Part shown: positions 1 to 8,669 of the stretch, in pieces
Layout: each line of letters begins with the position of its first letter
Position numbering within the stretch: position 1 is the first letter of the stretch
Source of the DNA: Candidatus Latescibacterota bacterium
GTDB lineage: Bacteria > Latescibacterota > UBA2968 > UBA8231
DNA length: 64,000 bases
Assembly (NCBI GenBank): GCA_965217585.1
Contig: OZ244561.1
Location: 3,520,001 to 3,584,000, forward strand
Direction of reading: 5' to 3'
Program-made: the position numbers and the translations under genes
The notes under the pieces: model-generated
What the model was told of the DNA's origin: nothing
The model's input: the letters and a program-made list of their open reading frames with translations, nothing else
The model's database searches: none

Positions 1-1
1 G

Positions 2-1627
2 CTCTTTCCCCACCACTTCCAGCGCCTCCACCAGCCATTGGGTCCACTGTCGCCAAAATGGACTCCCCTGTGGTCCCGCCAACTGGTGGCGCTGGCTCGG
101 GTCCAAGGCGAGTCCTTGGCGCAGGTGCCCGTCCGTCCGTTCCAGCCGTTCCGACTGGTGCGCGATGCGGGCCAAGTGGAGGTGCATTTCCGCGGCGAAC
201 TCGCCATCTGGGGCCTTTTCGAGGGCGCGGTCGAAAGCCCGCTCCGCCTCGTCCCAGCGGCCTACCTGCACATAGCCCATGCCAACCGCGGCGTAAACGC
301 GCGGGTGATAGGGATACGCCCGGTGGCCCTCGTATAGTTCGAGTCCTTGGTCGAGCCGGCCAGCGCCGCTGTAGAAGTAGATGAGATTGCTGGCTTCGTT
401 GACCTTTTGGCTGAGCCGCCACGCTGCTTCCATGTGCTGGACGGCCGCCTCGATATCGTCCGCCCGGTACGCCAGATGGGTGGCCAGTTGGCGATGGGCC
501 GAATAAGCCCAAAAGGTGGTCTGGTCGCGGTGCAGGACACTCTGATACACCGGCATGGCTTCGCCGTGGCGATTTAGCCGCGACAGACACAGGCCGTAAT
601 CGTACCGCACGGCCTGGTTTTCGGGCATCTGTTGCAAAGCGGCCTCCAGCAGGGCCAGCGCCTGGGCGAAATCCCGGGCTCCCCGCAGCAACCGCGCTTT
701 GCAGTACAGGGCCTCCCCATCGGCTCGATCGGCCGCCAGGCGACGGTCGGCCAAGTCGAGCAGTTTCCGCCTTAGCTCTTCACCCTGTGCCTCAAAACCG
801 GGTTGGCGGTAGGCCAGTTCCAGTTCGGCGAGTACTTCGAGGGACTTGGGCGCGGCTTGGGCGGCCCGTTCCAAAGCACCCACTTGGTCCGAGCCGGGCC
901 AGCCAAAGGGGTCGTACGTGCGGCCCCATTCGAGTAGGGCGGTTAGATGTTCGGGCTCCAAGTCCAATATCTCGTTGAAATGGGCTTGGGCCGCTTCGTA
1001 GCGCATGTGGAGTCGGTCGTCCCGACCGCTTTTGAGCAGGTGAGCGACTACATGCGCGGCAAAGTCGTCGGGTAGGGCGCTGCGTTGTTGCTTGGCCATG
1101 ACTAGGGCCTCCCTTCGCAAGTGCCGACGGGCTCGATACAGCCGCTGCTTGACGCTGGCCGGGGTCGCGCCCAGATCGCGTGCCACGGCCTCCAGTGGCA
1201 GCCCATCGACATAGTGGAGCAGAAAGGCGGTGGCACTGGCCAGGGGCAATTGGTCTAGCAGGCTGGCAACGGGGCCGGGCACACCGCTCCCCAATGTGCG
1301 GTCGTCCTCTACGGCGTCTCCGTAGCGGGCGTGCGCCTCGACTCGACGCCGGTGGGCGCGCAGCATATTGAGACTGCGACGCCGCACCGCCGTGCGCAAC
1401 CAATGGCCAACTTTGACCGGCTCGCGCAGTTGATCGAAGCGCTTTAAGGCCCCAATCAGGGCCTCCTGCACCGCGTCAAGGGCCTCGTCGTGCGAGCCCA
1501 AGTACCCCAGCGCATCCCGGTACAATAGGTGCTGATAGCGCTGGACGAGCGCCTCAAAGGCGGCCAAGTCCCCTGCGGCTGCGGCTTGGGCCAGCGAGCC
1601 ATCGCCGATTTCTGCGGTATCTTTCAT
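2..1627 (-). CDS. ECF sigma-70 factor with long C-terminal TPR-like extension (runs off the left edge)
   Basis: Hand translation from ATG 1627 (absent from the ORF track because no stop lies in the window): AAAGDLAAFEALVQRYQ, DAVQEALIGALKRFDQLREP (sigma2), LEAVARDLG...SVKQRLYRAR (sigma4), then TPR-like helices (AQALALLEAAL...PENQAVRYDYG). Confidence 0.85.
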   Translation of the reverse strand, partial: MKDTAEIGDGSLAQAAAAGDLAAFEALVQRYQHLLYRDALGYLGSHDEALDAVQEALIGALKRFDQLREPVKVGHWLRTAVRRRSLNMLRAHRRRVEAHARYGDAVEDDRTLGSGVPGPVASLLDQLPLASATAFLLHYVDGLPLEAVARDLGATPASVKQRLYRARRHLRREALVMAKQQRSALPDDFAAHVVAHLLKSGRDDRLHMRYEAAQAHFNEILDLEPEHLTALLEWGRTYDPFGWPGSDQVGALERAAQAAPKSLEVLAELELAYRQPGFEAQGEELRRKLLDLADRRLAADRADGEALYCKARLLRGARDFAQALALLEAALQQMPENQAVRYDYGLCLSRLNRHGEAMPVYQSVLHRDQTTFWAYSAHRQLATHLAYRADDIEAAVQHMEAAWRLSQKVNEASNLIYFYSGAGRLDQGLELYEGHRAYPYHPRVYAAVGMGYVQVGRWDEAERAFDRALEKAPDGEFAAEMHLHLARIAHQSERLERTDGHLRQGLALDPSQRHQLAGPQGSPFWRQWTQWLVEALEVVGKE

Positions 1628-1639
1628 GGTTCGCTATAG

Positions 1640-1667
1640 TAGACCCCTCAACGTTGGTTATGGTAAC
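1640..1667 (-). promoter_or_regulatory. Putative ECF-type (autoregulatory) promoter
   Basis: Minus strand GTTACC-N16-GGTCTA, 12 nt upstream of the ECF start codon; ECF-like geometry. Confidence 0.4.
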
Positions 1668-1741
1668 GCTCTACCTAGTTTTTTCAACTTGGTAAACCCT
1701 AAATTAGGTCGCCTTCTGAAAGCTGGAGGTCTGCTCTGATA

Positions 1742-1774
1742 TTGCTCTTGACCTGTTTGCGGTCTATATTTGGT
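1742..1774 (+). promoter_or_regulatory. Sigma70 promoter and operator of the Phd/ParE TA operon
   Basis: TTGCTC(1742)-17 bp-TATATT(1765); GACC-N7-GGTC palindrome in the spacer; SD AAGGAGG before ATG 1792. Confidence 0.55.
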
Positions 1775-1791
1775 CCGAAAAGGAGGTGCCC

Positions 1792-2055
1792 ATGAAATTG
1801 TCCAGCCAGATCAAGCCGATTAGCTACCTCAAGGCCCACGCCGCTGAGATCGTGCGCACACTTGGGGATCAGCAGGAGCCCTTAATCATTACCCAAAATG
1901 GCGAAGCTAAGGTGGTTATGCAGGATATCGACAGCTACGAGCAGATGCAGGAAACGGTTGCGTTGCTCAAGATCCTCGCGCTGGGTAGCCGCCAGATCGA
2001 AGCGGGTCAGGTGCAACCGGCCGCCGATGTCGTCGCACGGCTTCGGGAGCGGTGA
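1792..2055 (+). CDS. Phd/YefM family antitoxin
   Basis: IKPISYLKAHAAEIVRTL...PLIITQNGEAKVVMQDI is the Phd/YefM pattern. Confidence 0.9.
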   Translation: MKLSSQIKPISYLKAHAAEIVRTLGDQQEPLIITQNGEAKVVMQDIDSYEQMQETVALLKILALGSRQIEAGQVQPAADVVARLRER

Positions 2056-2066
2056 CAGGCTCGCTG

Positions 2067-2393
2067 ATGGCTTTCTTGGTTCAGTTGACCGATGACGCGA
2101 CGCGCGACTTGGAGGATATCTGCGATTACATCGATCGGGATGATGAACCGGGTCGGGCGGATTATGTGCTGGAGCAGTTCGAAAAGGCTTTCAGCAGCCT
2201 ATCCGAGTATCCCGAGCGCGGGAACTACCCGACGGAACTGCTGGACATTGGGATTCGGGAATACCGCGAGATATTCTTTAGGCCCTACCGCATCATCTAT
2301 CGGGTGATGGAAAATAACGTCTATGTGCTCTTGATCGCCGATGGGCGACGCGATATGCAGACATTGTTACAGCGGCGCTTGCTGCGGGCATAA
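2067..2393 (+). CDS. RelE/ParE family toxin
   Basis: LTDDATRDLEDICDYI...YPERG...YRIIYRV...IADGRRDM; directly after the antitoxin (alternative GTG start at 2052). Confidence 0.9.
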   Translation: MAFLVQLTDDATRDLEDICDYIDRDDEPGRADYVLEQFEKAFSSLSEYPERGNYPTELLDIGIREYREIFFRPYRIIYRVMENNVYVLLIADGRRDMQTLLQRRLLRA

Positions 2394-2423
2394 GACCCAT
2401 TCTCTCCGGCAGAATCGCTTACC

Positions 2424-2717
2424 TCAAACAGGTTGAGGCTCGTAGCGCTCGACTTCGATTTCATCCTCGCGTGCTCGCGCCTGAGCGACGTCGTAGGCCG
2501 CTTGCAGCCGTATCCAAGTCTCCGTTGTAGAGCCGAAGGCTTTCGCGAGCCGGACCGCCATGTCGGCCGAAATGCGGGTGCGACAATTCACCAAGTTCGA
2601 GAGGGCTTGGCGACTGACGCCGAGGATCCTCGCGCCTTCGGTGACGTTGAGGCCGAGCGGCTCCAGACAGGACACGCGCACGACCTTGCCAGGATGCGGC
2701 GGGTTTTTCATGGGCAT
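2424..2717 (-). CDS. higA: HigA family antitoxin (orphan, no adjacent HigB)
   Basis: MKNPPHPG...LNVTEGARILGVSRQALSNLVN...ISADMAVRLAKAFGSTTETWIRLQAAYD. Confidence 0.85.
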   Translation of the reverse strand: MPMKNPPHPGKVVRVSCLEPLGLNVTEGARILGVSRQALSNLVNCRTRISADMAVRLAKAFGSTTETWIRLQAAYDVAQARAREDEIEVERYEPQPV

Positions 2718-2751
2718 GTCGGTTTTCCCTTTGTCAAGAACGAGAATCTAC

Positions 2752-2883
2752 GATCAAAAGCCCATCTTGCGCGAGTGGTTCGGCTTGGCTTCGCACTCGG
2801 CGCGCAGCAATTCGGCGAGAGCATTCGGGTCTTGTAGTTGTAGGTGGCCGAGATTTCGGCTTTTCGTCGGACTAAGGCAAAGT
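2752..2883 (-). repeat. Diverged copy of the last ~130 bp of the AAA ATPase gene
   Basis: Aligns with 4867-4993 with mostly synonymous changes, a 6-bp insertion and a 1-bp deletion. Confidence 0.9.
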
Positions 2884-3695
2884 TGGCCGGTGCGTAGCTT
2901 GTGCAGATCGACTTGTGTCTCGGCACTGAGCAGACGCCGGACGAGCTGCATCTTGGACATTTTCGGGCTGAAGATTACCACCCCGCCCCCGGTATCCACG
3001 GCTGCGTTGAGCGCCAAGTTCAGCGCCAGTGCCGTCTTACCCACGCCTGGGCACGCTGCTAGCACGATTAGATCGCCCTTCTGAAGGCCGGAGGTACACT
3101 CGTTAAGATCGACAAACCCCGTATCGATCCCAGAGACTGCGCTGGCTTTGCTGTGGGCACGCTCAATCTGTTCGAGTGCGTCGCCCATGACCGTCTCCAG
3201 TGACTCAATCCCGCTTCCAATCCAGTTTTCGCCGATAGCAAAAAGGCGCTTCTCGGCGCTGTCGATCAGCTCCAGCATGTCCTCGCTGCCTTTATAGGCT
3301 TGCTCGATGATGTAGCTGGCGGTCTCGATGAGCCGGCGGCTGAGTGCCTTTTCTAAGACGATCCGCGCGTGGACATCGATGTTGGCAGGGGTGGCGACCT
3401 TGGCGACTAGCTCGGCCAGATAGACGGCTCCACCGACGTCATTGAGTTGGTCACGGTCCTTGAGTTCTTCGGCCAAGGTGAACTGATCGACGGCCACGCC
3501 ACGTTCGTAGAGGCTGAGCATGACCTCGAAGATCAGGCTGTGCGAAGCGTTGTAAAAGCAGCTTGGGTCGAGGACTTCGATGGCATGGCCGACGGTGCGC
3601 TCCTCGAGCATCATCGCCCCCAACACAGCCTGCTCTATCTCGATGGCCTGCGGTGGCGTGCGCTCTGGGTGCTGAGTATCAACAGTTGCGATCAT
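2754..3695 (-). pseudogene. dnaB: Truncated DnaB helicase copy fused in frame to the AAA C-terminal remnant
   Basis: PPQAIEIEQAVLGAMML, SGIDTGFVDL...GLQKGDLIVLAACPGVGKT; DnaB similarity stops at ~KLRTGQL (~2884); ends ECEAKPNHSRKMGF like the AAA protein. Confidence 0.85.
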
Positions 3696-3831
3696 AGGTC
3701 CTTTTTTAGAGCGCCCCTCACACGCTGCCGATTGTGACCTGAAAGGCGGCGGTATGTGCTCCTAAAGCTAGGGCTAGGCAGGAGGCAAAAATGGTGCGGA
3801 TCACAGAAGGCGCGGAACGCCGCTCTCGACT

Positions 3832-3859
3832 GATCAAAAGCCCATCTTGCGCGAGTGGT
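3832..3859 (-). repeat. 28-bp third copy of the AAA gene 3' end
   Basis: GATCAAAAGCCCATCTTGCGCGAGTGGT is identical to 2752-2779. Confidence 0.9.
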
Positions 3860-3880
3860 CTCCATGAAGTCGATGCCATA

Positions 3881-4837
3881 CTATTGGGGCAGGCTAACCA
3901 AGCGCTCGGCAAGCTCTAGCGCATCCACCGGCCAGTAGCACTCTGGGCGAGGTCGACAGACATTGGGATTCCCCTCCTTTGGTCGGCAGTTCAAGAGCCG
4001 GTCCACCCACCGTTCGGGCACGGCCTCTCGTCCATGCACTGCGCCCAGAAGCGCTCCGCAGATGGCGGCGTTGGTGTCGGTGTCACCGCCCCTATGGACG
4101 GTATCCACGACAGCTTCCTCGAAATTCTCGGCGTGGAGCAGTTGCCATAGCGCGTTACGGAACGCCGTCAGAACCCAGCCTTGCTGGTGCATATACTCCG
4201 CGGGCGGTGCCGTGGCTGCGCCGTTGATGGCCGACATGAGCGTCGGTTCCGCTGGGATATTCTCGGCCCACGTCTTTATCCGTTCGTATAGCTCCTGCGG
4301 TTCGCATCCGGTGCGGACCGCGTAGGCGATGGCCGAGGCGTATAGCGAATTGGCTTGCTGGCAGACCGGATGGGGATGCGTGAGCGCCGCGTCCTCGCAC
4401 GCCCATTCCGCCACCTTTTCTAATCCGTAGTTCGCGCCGAAGATGCCCAGCGGGCTGATCCGCATCATGGCTCCATTCGCTTGGCTGTTCCAATCGCGTT
4501 CTCCTAGGAGACCGCTGCGGGTGGTGAAACCGCAGTCGAATGGACCAGAGTTCAACCAGCCAATATAGGCTTCGAGGGCAAGCGTTTGATCGTATCTCTT
4601 GTGCTGCGCCAGTACTCGGGCTAGGGCTAGCGCCATTTCGGAATCGTCCGTCGGCTGCCCAGCGATCGTATCCCAGGTCTCGCTGTCCTCGAGATCTCGG
4701 ACTCCGGCGGGGTACTTGAACTGAATATCCTCGGGGCTTTGGAATTCCACTAGGCTACCCAGCGAATCCCCTGCAAGTTGGCCCAGCAAGCAACCTTGAG
4801 CTCGAAAGAGGATGCGGTCTCTTTGCATATTAGTCAT
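3881..4837 (-). CDS. ADP-ribosylglycohydrolase (DraG/ARH family)
   Basis: GQLAGDSLG, GQPTDDSEMA, ANGAMMRISP, GGDTDTNAAICGALLGA. Confidence 0.92.
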   Translation of the reverse strand: MTNMQRDRILFRAQGCLLGQLAGDSLGSLVEFQSPEDIQFKYPAGVRDLEDSETWDTIAGQPTDDSEMALALARVLAQHKRYDQTLALEAYIGWLNSGPFDCGFTTRSGLLGERDWNSQANGAMMRISPLGIFGANYGLEKVAEWACEDAALTHPHPVCQQANSLYASAIAYAVRTGCEPQELYERIKTWAENIPAEPTLMSAINGAATAPPAEYMHQQGWVLTAFRNALWQLLHAENFEEAVVDTVHRGGDTDTNAAICGALLGAVHGREAVPERWVDRLLNCRPKEGNPNVCRPRPECYWPVDALELAERLVSLPQ

Positions 4838-4867
4838 TAATCATCCCTTCGTTATCCATATCCATAA

Positions 4868-6946
4868 TCAAAAGCCCATCCTGCGCGAATGGTTCGGCTT
4901 GGCTTCGCACTCGGTACGCAGCAATTCGGCGAGAGCCTTAGCGTCTTGCAGGTGGCCGAGGATTTCGGCTTTTCGGCGGACTACGGCGAAATCGCCTGGG
5001 GTTAGGGTGGAAAGGTCGCCGATTTCGGGCGGAGCTTCGAGCGCGAAATAGGTGTGGAACGCCGCTTGCGACTGGTCGGGGGTGAGATAGTCGAGTGCGA
5101 TTTTGAAGGTGAAGCGGCGCAGTGTGGCCGGGTCGAGGTTTTCGCCGAAGTTGGTCGTACATGCGAACGGCAGGGGATGGCTCTCCATCCAAGTCAGCAT
5201 TTCGTTGACTTGGCTGACCTCCCAGGAGCGCACGGCACCCCGACGGTCGGCGAGCAGGGAGTCGGCCTCGTCAAAGACGAGGATGGAGCCTTCGGCACGG
5301 GCTTCGGAGAAGGCAGCGGCGATCTGCTGTTCGGTTTGGCCGACCCACATCGACATTAGGTCGGAGGCACGCTTTTGGGTGACTTGGAGGCCGAGGCGTT
5401 CGGCTAGGTAGCGGACGAATGCGCTCTTGCCGGTGCCGGGTGGACCTTGCAGACAGAGAGAAAAATGCTTGCCGCCGCTTTTTACGATGCGATCCACGAA
5501 GCCGACCGGGTCAATGTCGGCCCGGACCAGGACGGGGTCGAATCTCTCGGGAGGCCCCTGGTTTGCGGGGGGCTTCTCGCCCGAAATCACCCGCGACAAG
5601 CTGCGTACGCCGAGGCGCACTGCGGTGAGGTCTCCGCCGCAGAGACTCGCGCCGGCGATGGCACTGGACGCTACGCCCGGCGTCACATCGAACTCCTTGG
5701 CTAGGGAGCGCGCATCTTCCTCGGTCGCTTTGATATCGTGGCGCGCCAACTCCCGTTTCCAGATGCGCTCCCGAACTCGGCACGGTGGCAGACGCAGTTC
5801 TAGGGTAAAGGTCATACGGCGCAGAACGGTTTGACAGGTCTCCCGGGCGGAGTTGGAGGTCCACAGCGTCGGTACTGGTGTGCGTTCGAGTATCCTGTTT
5901 AGGAACACCTTGGAGCCGCCGGACCGGAGATGGGAAAAGCCACCCGGTGAGAACGGCATCCAGCCTGAGCTTGGGTCCGAGAGGATGTCCTCCATCTCGT
6001 CAAAGAGCAGGATTGATCCTCGACTCGGAGCCAATAGGCGCTGGGCGAGCCGAAGTTCTTGGAGCCGCTCGCGCCGGTCGGGATCGCGGCCTCGCTCGTC
6101 CTCTTCGCCGACACTGTAGAGGTTCACCCCGAGCCAGACGGCCAGCGTCTTGCAAAACTCGGTCTTGCCGGTTCCCGGTGGGCCGCACACCAAGATATTC
6201 ACGCCCGGTGTGCCAGTGGATAGTGTGCCTTTGACCAACTTTTCGATGTGGTCACGATCCTCCTCCACATGATCGAAATCGGACCACTCTAGCTCACCCG
6301 GGGTGGCCGTGTCGAGCAGCAGGCGACACACGTCGAAATCGCTGTCGTCTGGGACGTAAGCTAGCCGGAGCAGTCGCTTGACGATCTCGATATCGCCGTC
6401 GTCATCGACGGACACAAGCCCCGACTTCACAAGCGGTGCATCGGCCGCGAATCGGGCGCGGAATGCGCCCGCCGGTACGCCGAAAATGCAGGGTAGGACG
6501 GGGTTCATGACGTTGAAAAATCTATGTCTGTGGTAGTGACGGCCAGATTCGAAAGAGTCGATCAGGGACACAAAAATCGGCTGCGTTTCGTGGCGCAGCA
6601 AAATCTCTAGGATCGCGATGTCCTCCGGCGCGAGGTCCACCTCCCGTCCGAGCCGCCGTAGCAGCCGCGCCGTGTGGTCTTTTCTCGCACCTTCGCAAGC
6701 TACTGCGTGCTCTTTTTCTAGGGTCTTTCGCAGGTGCTTCCACTCTCGTGCGGACACCTTTTCGTGGTGGCTGCTCTCCCGGTGGTCCCCCGGCTTCTCG
6801 TTCTCGTCACTGAGCGCGAGGATGTCGTGGTTCTCGGCGACCCATTCGGCCAGATCTTCCTTCTTTCCCGGGAAGGCGCGGTGGAAGCGCGAGGCGGCGT
6901 TGGAGAGGTAAAAGAGAATAAGCTGTCGTTCGTAGGCGTTGAGCAT
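4868..6946 (-). CDS. Tandem AAA+ ATPase with N-terminal helical region
   Basis: Two Walker A/B sets: GPPGTGKT/LLFDEMED and GPPGTGKS/LVFDEADS; LDPATLRRF arginine finger; C-terminal MGF. Confidence 0.9.
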   Translation of the reverse strand: MLNAYERQLILFYLSNAASRFHRAFPGKKEDLAEWVAENHDILALSDENEKPGDHRESSHHEKVSAREWKHLRKTLEKEHAVACEGARKDHTARLLRRLGREVDLAPEDIAILEILLRHETQPIFVSLIDSFESGRHYHRHRFFNVMNPVLPCIFGVPAGAFRARFAADAPLVKSGLVSVDDDGDIEIVKRLLRLAYVPDDSDFDVCRLLLDTATPGELEWSDFDHVEEDRDHIEKLVKGTLSTGTPGVNILVCGPPGTGKTEFCKTLAVWLGVNLYSVGEEDERGRDPDRRERLQELRLAQRLLAPSRGSILLFDEMEDILSDPSSGWMPFSPGGFSHLRSGGSKVFLNRILERTPVPTLWTSNSARETCQTVLRRMTFTLELRLPPCRVRERIWKRELARHDIKATEEDARSLAKEFDVTPGVASSAIAGASLCGGDLTAVRLGVRSLSRVISGEKPPANQGPPERFDPVLVRADIDPVGFVDRIVKSGGKHFSLCLQGPPGTGKSAFVRYLAERLGLQVTQKRASDLMSMWVGQTEQQIAAAFSEARAEGSILVFDEADSLLADRRGAVRSWEVSQVNEMLTWMESHPLPFACTTNFGENLDPATLRRFTFKIALDYLTPDQSQAAFHTYFALEAPPEIGDLSTLTPGDFAVVRRKAEILGHLQDAKALAELLRTECEAKPNHSRRMGF

Positions 6947-6973
6947 GGTTTCTTCTCCGAAATGATACAGTGC

Positions 6974-7462
6974 TTACTGGGACACTAAAATCGCCAGATT
7001 GACATCTATCCCGTCAAAGTAAGATTCTAGCGCGATAGCTAGGAGGTCCCTGTTAGGGTCCGTGATCCAGAGCATACCCTCGATGATGGTGAGGATCGGC
7101 GTCTCCAACTCGTCCTCTTCGGGTACGATTGATACCGCAAACACTAAGAGATAGTCTAGCGGAATGTATGCTACTGCGTCAGGTCCGAGGTCGGGGAATG
7201 CTGTCTTGAGATAAAGGGCTTGAAAGGTTGTTGGCGTTATCCGGTCATCCTCTATGAAGATGTTGCCGTTCTCGTCATAGAGGGAACGGGATAGTTGCCG
7301 CTCGATGATGATCCCTTCTCTAGGCGGTCCGATTTCGCCTTGTGGTCCGACCTCGCCCTGTGGCCCTTGCGGCCCCGCTGGCCCCATCGGTCCCGCCGGG
7401 CCTTCGCAGGCGACAAGGCCGAAGGCCAACATAGCTACGAAAAAAGAAAAGCGAGTAAGCAC
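6974..7462 (-). CDS. Collagen-like lipoprotein
   Basis: Signal peptide with lipobox LVAC, then Gly-X-Y run GPAGPMGPAGPQGPQGEVGPQGEIGPP; SD AAGGAGG. Confidence 0.8.
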   Translation of the reverse strand: MLTRFSFFVAMLAFGLVACEGPAGPMGPAGPQGPQGEVGPQGEIGPPREGIIIERQLSRSLYDENGNIFIEDDRITPTTFQALYLKTAFPDLGPDAVAYIPLDYLLVFAVSIVPEEDELETPILTIIEGMLWITDPNRDLLAIALESYFDGIDVNLAILVSQ

Positions 7463-7494
7463 TGCACACCTCCTTAATAGTTGTGGGAAAGGAA

Positions 7495-7545
7495 ACTTAC
7501 TTAGGAGGTGCGACAGATCATGTCGCAGGCAGAAACTTTTTTATA
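7495..7545 (-). promoter_or_regulatory. Palindromic operator/promoter, copy 1 (WYL/PafBC-like geometry)
   Basis: TGCGACA-N5-TGTCGCA at 7509-7527; minus strand TGTCGC-N10-TAAGTT; ~48-bp block repeated at 8672-8719. Confidence 0.6.
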
Positions 7546-7724
7546 AAAAGATCAATTTTAGTCAAAATCGTCCGTCTGACCACGCTTGCGACTAAGGGGA
7601 TACCGGACGAAAAAGGGCCCTGTAATAGGCTCTGTATGGTTAGGAGAATTTTGCCAGGAAGGATCGGCGCATGAGGATGCTTAAGACGCACCTTTAGAAG
7701 GCAGGTATCGATGGTGCGGGAGGT

Positions 7725-8279
7725 TTATGCATCTTTCAACTCTAACAAAAGATCAAAGAGAGCTTCTGCTGTCTTGAGGAGAGACTTGTCATCAGACCAA
7801 ACCGGATCGCCCTCAATTTGACTTTCGTAATTCGCGTTACATGGTAAGCAGTCCGTAAAAGAATCAATGGTCCCTTTGAGAAAATTCTTGATTTTGACGA
7901 TCAGACCGTCTTTGTCCATGAGGACACCATCCTCGAATAAGGCTAAGAGGGCAATACCCACACGATTGAGATCGTGTTTAGTATCCCAAAAATCGTGTTC
8001 AATATAGTCATAATCCTCATCCCCCCAATCCTCATTCTTTTTGAGCCATTTTTCGATTTTGACAACCATCTCGGCACTGTTCACGAAGACATCATCCTCG
8101 AACAAGGCCAAGAGGGCTTCTTTGATTTTGACGATCAGACCGTCTTTGTCCATGAGGATGCCATCCTCGAATAAGGCCAAGAGGGCAAGGGCCGCACGCT
8201 CGGCATCATATAGCAACCCTAAATCATTCACAAGGTGATCCGCAGATGGACGCAGACAGACGCAGAATAGTAGAAACAA
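7725..8279 (-). CDS. Hypothetical acidic protein with three internal ~22-aa repeats (start uncertain)
   Basis: ALLALFEDG(I/V)LMDKDGLIVKIK twice and ALLALFEDDVFVNSAEMVVKIE once; repeats visible in the DNA. Confidence 0.5.
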   Translation of the reverse strand: MFLLFCVCLRPSADHLVNDLGLLYDAERAALALLALFEDGILMDKDGLIVKIKEALLALFEDDVFVNSAEMVVKIEKWLKKNEDWGDEDYDYIEHDFWDTKHDLNRVGIALLALFEDGVLMDKDGLIVKIKNFLKGTIDSFTDCLPCNANYESQIEGDPVWSDDKSLLKTAEALFDLLLELKDA

Positions 8280-8306
8280 GACGATCCACAGATCGAATCG
8301 TTTAAG

Positions 8307-8486
8307 TCATTCAGGACTGCTATAGGAATCAATCTGACCAGGAGAAAGTTCGTCGCCGCAATCGAGGCAGTACGAAGCGCGAACTTCGATATTGTCCTCG
8401 ATTAGCTTCTCGGTTTTGAGTAAACTCTTGCTTTTGATAACTATTCCGTTTCTGTTCACTTTGCAGTGCTTCTCTCTTTTGGGCAT
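8307..8486 (-). CDS. Small Cys-containing ORF (59 aa), possibly a decayed zinc ribbon
   Basis: Hand translation MPKREKHCKV...SYCLDCGDELSPGQIDSYSSPE; an upstream out-of-frame MRCPK start suggests a frameshift. Confidence 0.3.
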   Translation of the reverse strand: MPKREKHCKVNRNGIVIKSKSLLKTEKLIEDNIEVRASYCLDCGDELSPGQIDSYSSPE

Positions 8487-8669
8487 CTCATACCGATTTG
8501 ACTTTTTAGTGTCCTAATTACCCTCTTCTCTTGGGGGAGACTTATTAGGACAGACGATTAGCAAAACGGTATCAGACTCCTTTTAGGGTTCAAAGAGGAT
8601 TATGAGGATGCCGTCTTAGTCATAGAGAGAATTAGACAACCTCTGATTAATCGTTGTAGTAATGGATGA

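Noticed and set aside
38-1403. Short ORF-track calls at the left edge
   Set aside because: They are shadow frames of the minus-strand ECF-TPR gene, which lacks a stop in the window.
2752-4993. AAA-end or folD-end repeats as DGR template/variable repeats
   Set aside because: Differences are not adenine-specific, include indels in the AAA copy, and no reverse transcriptase is present.
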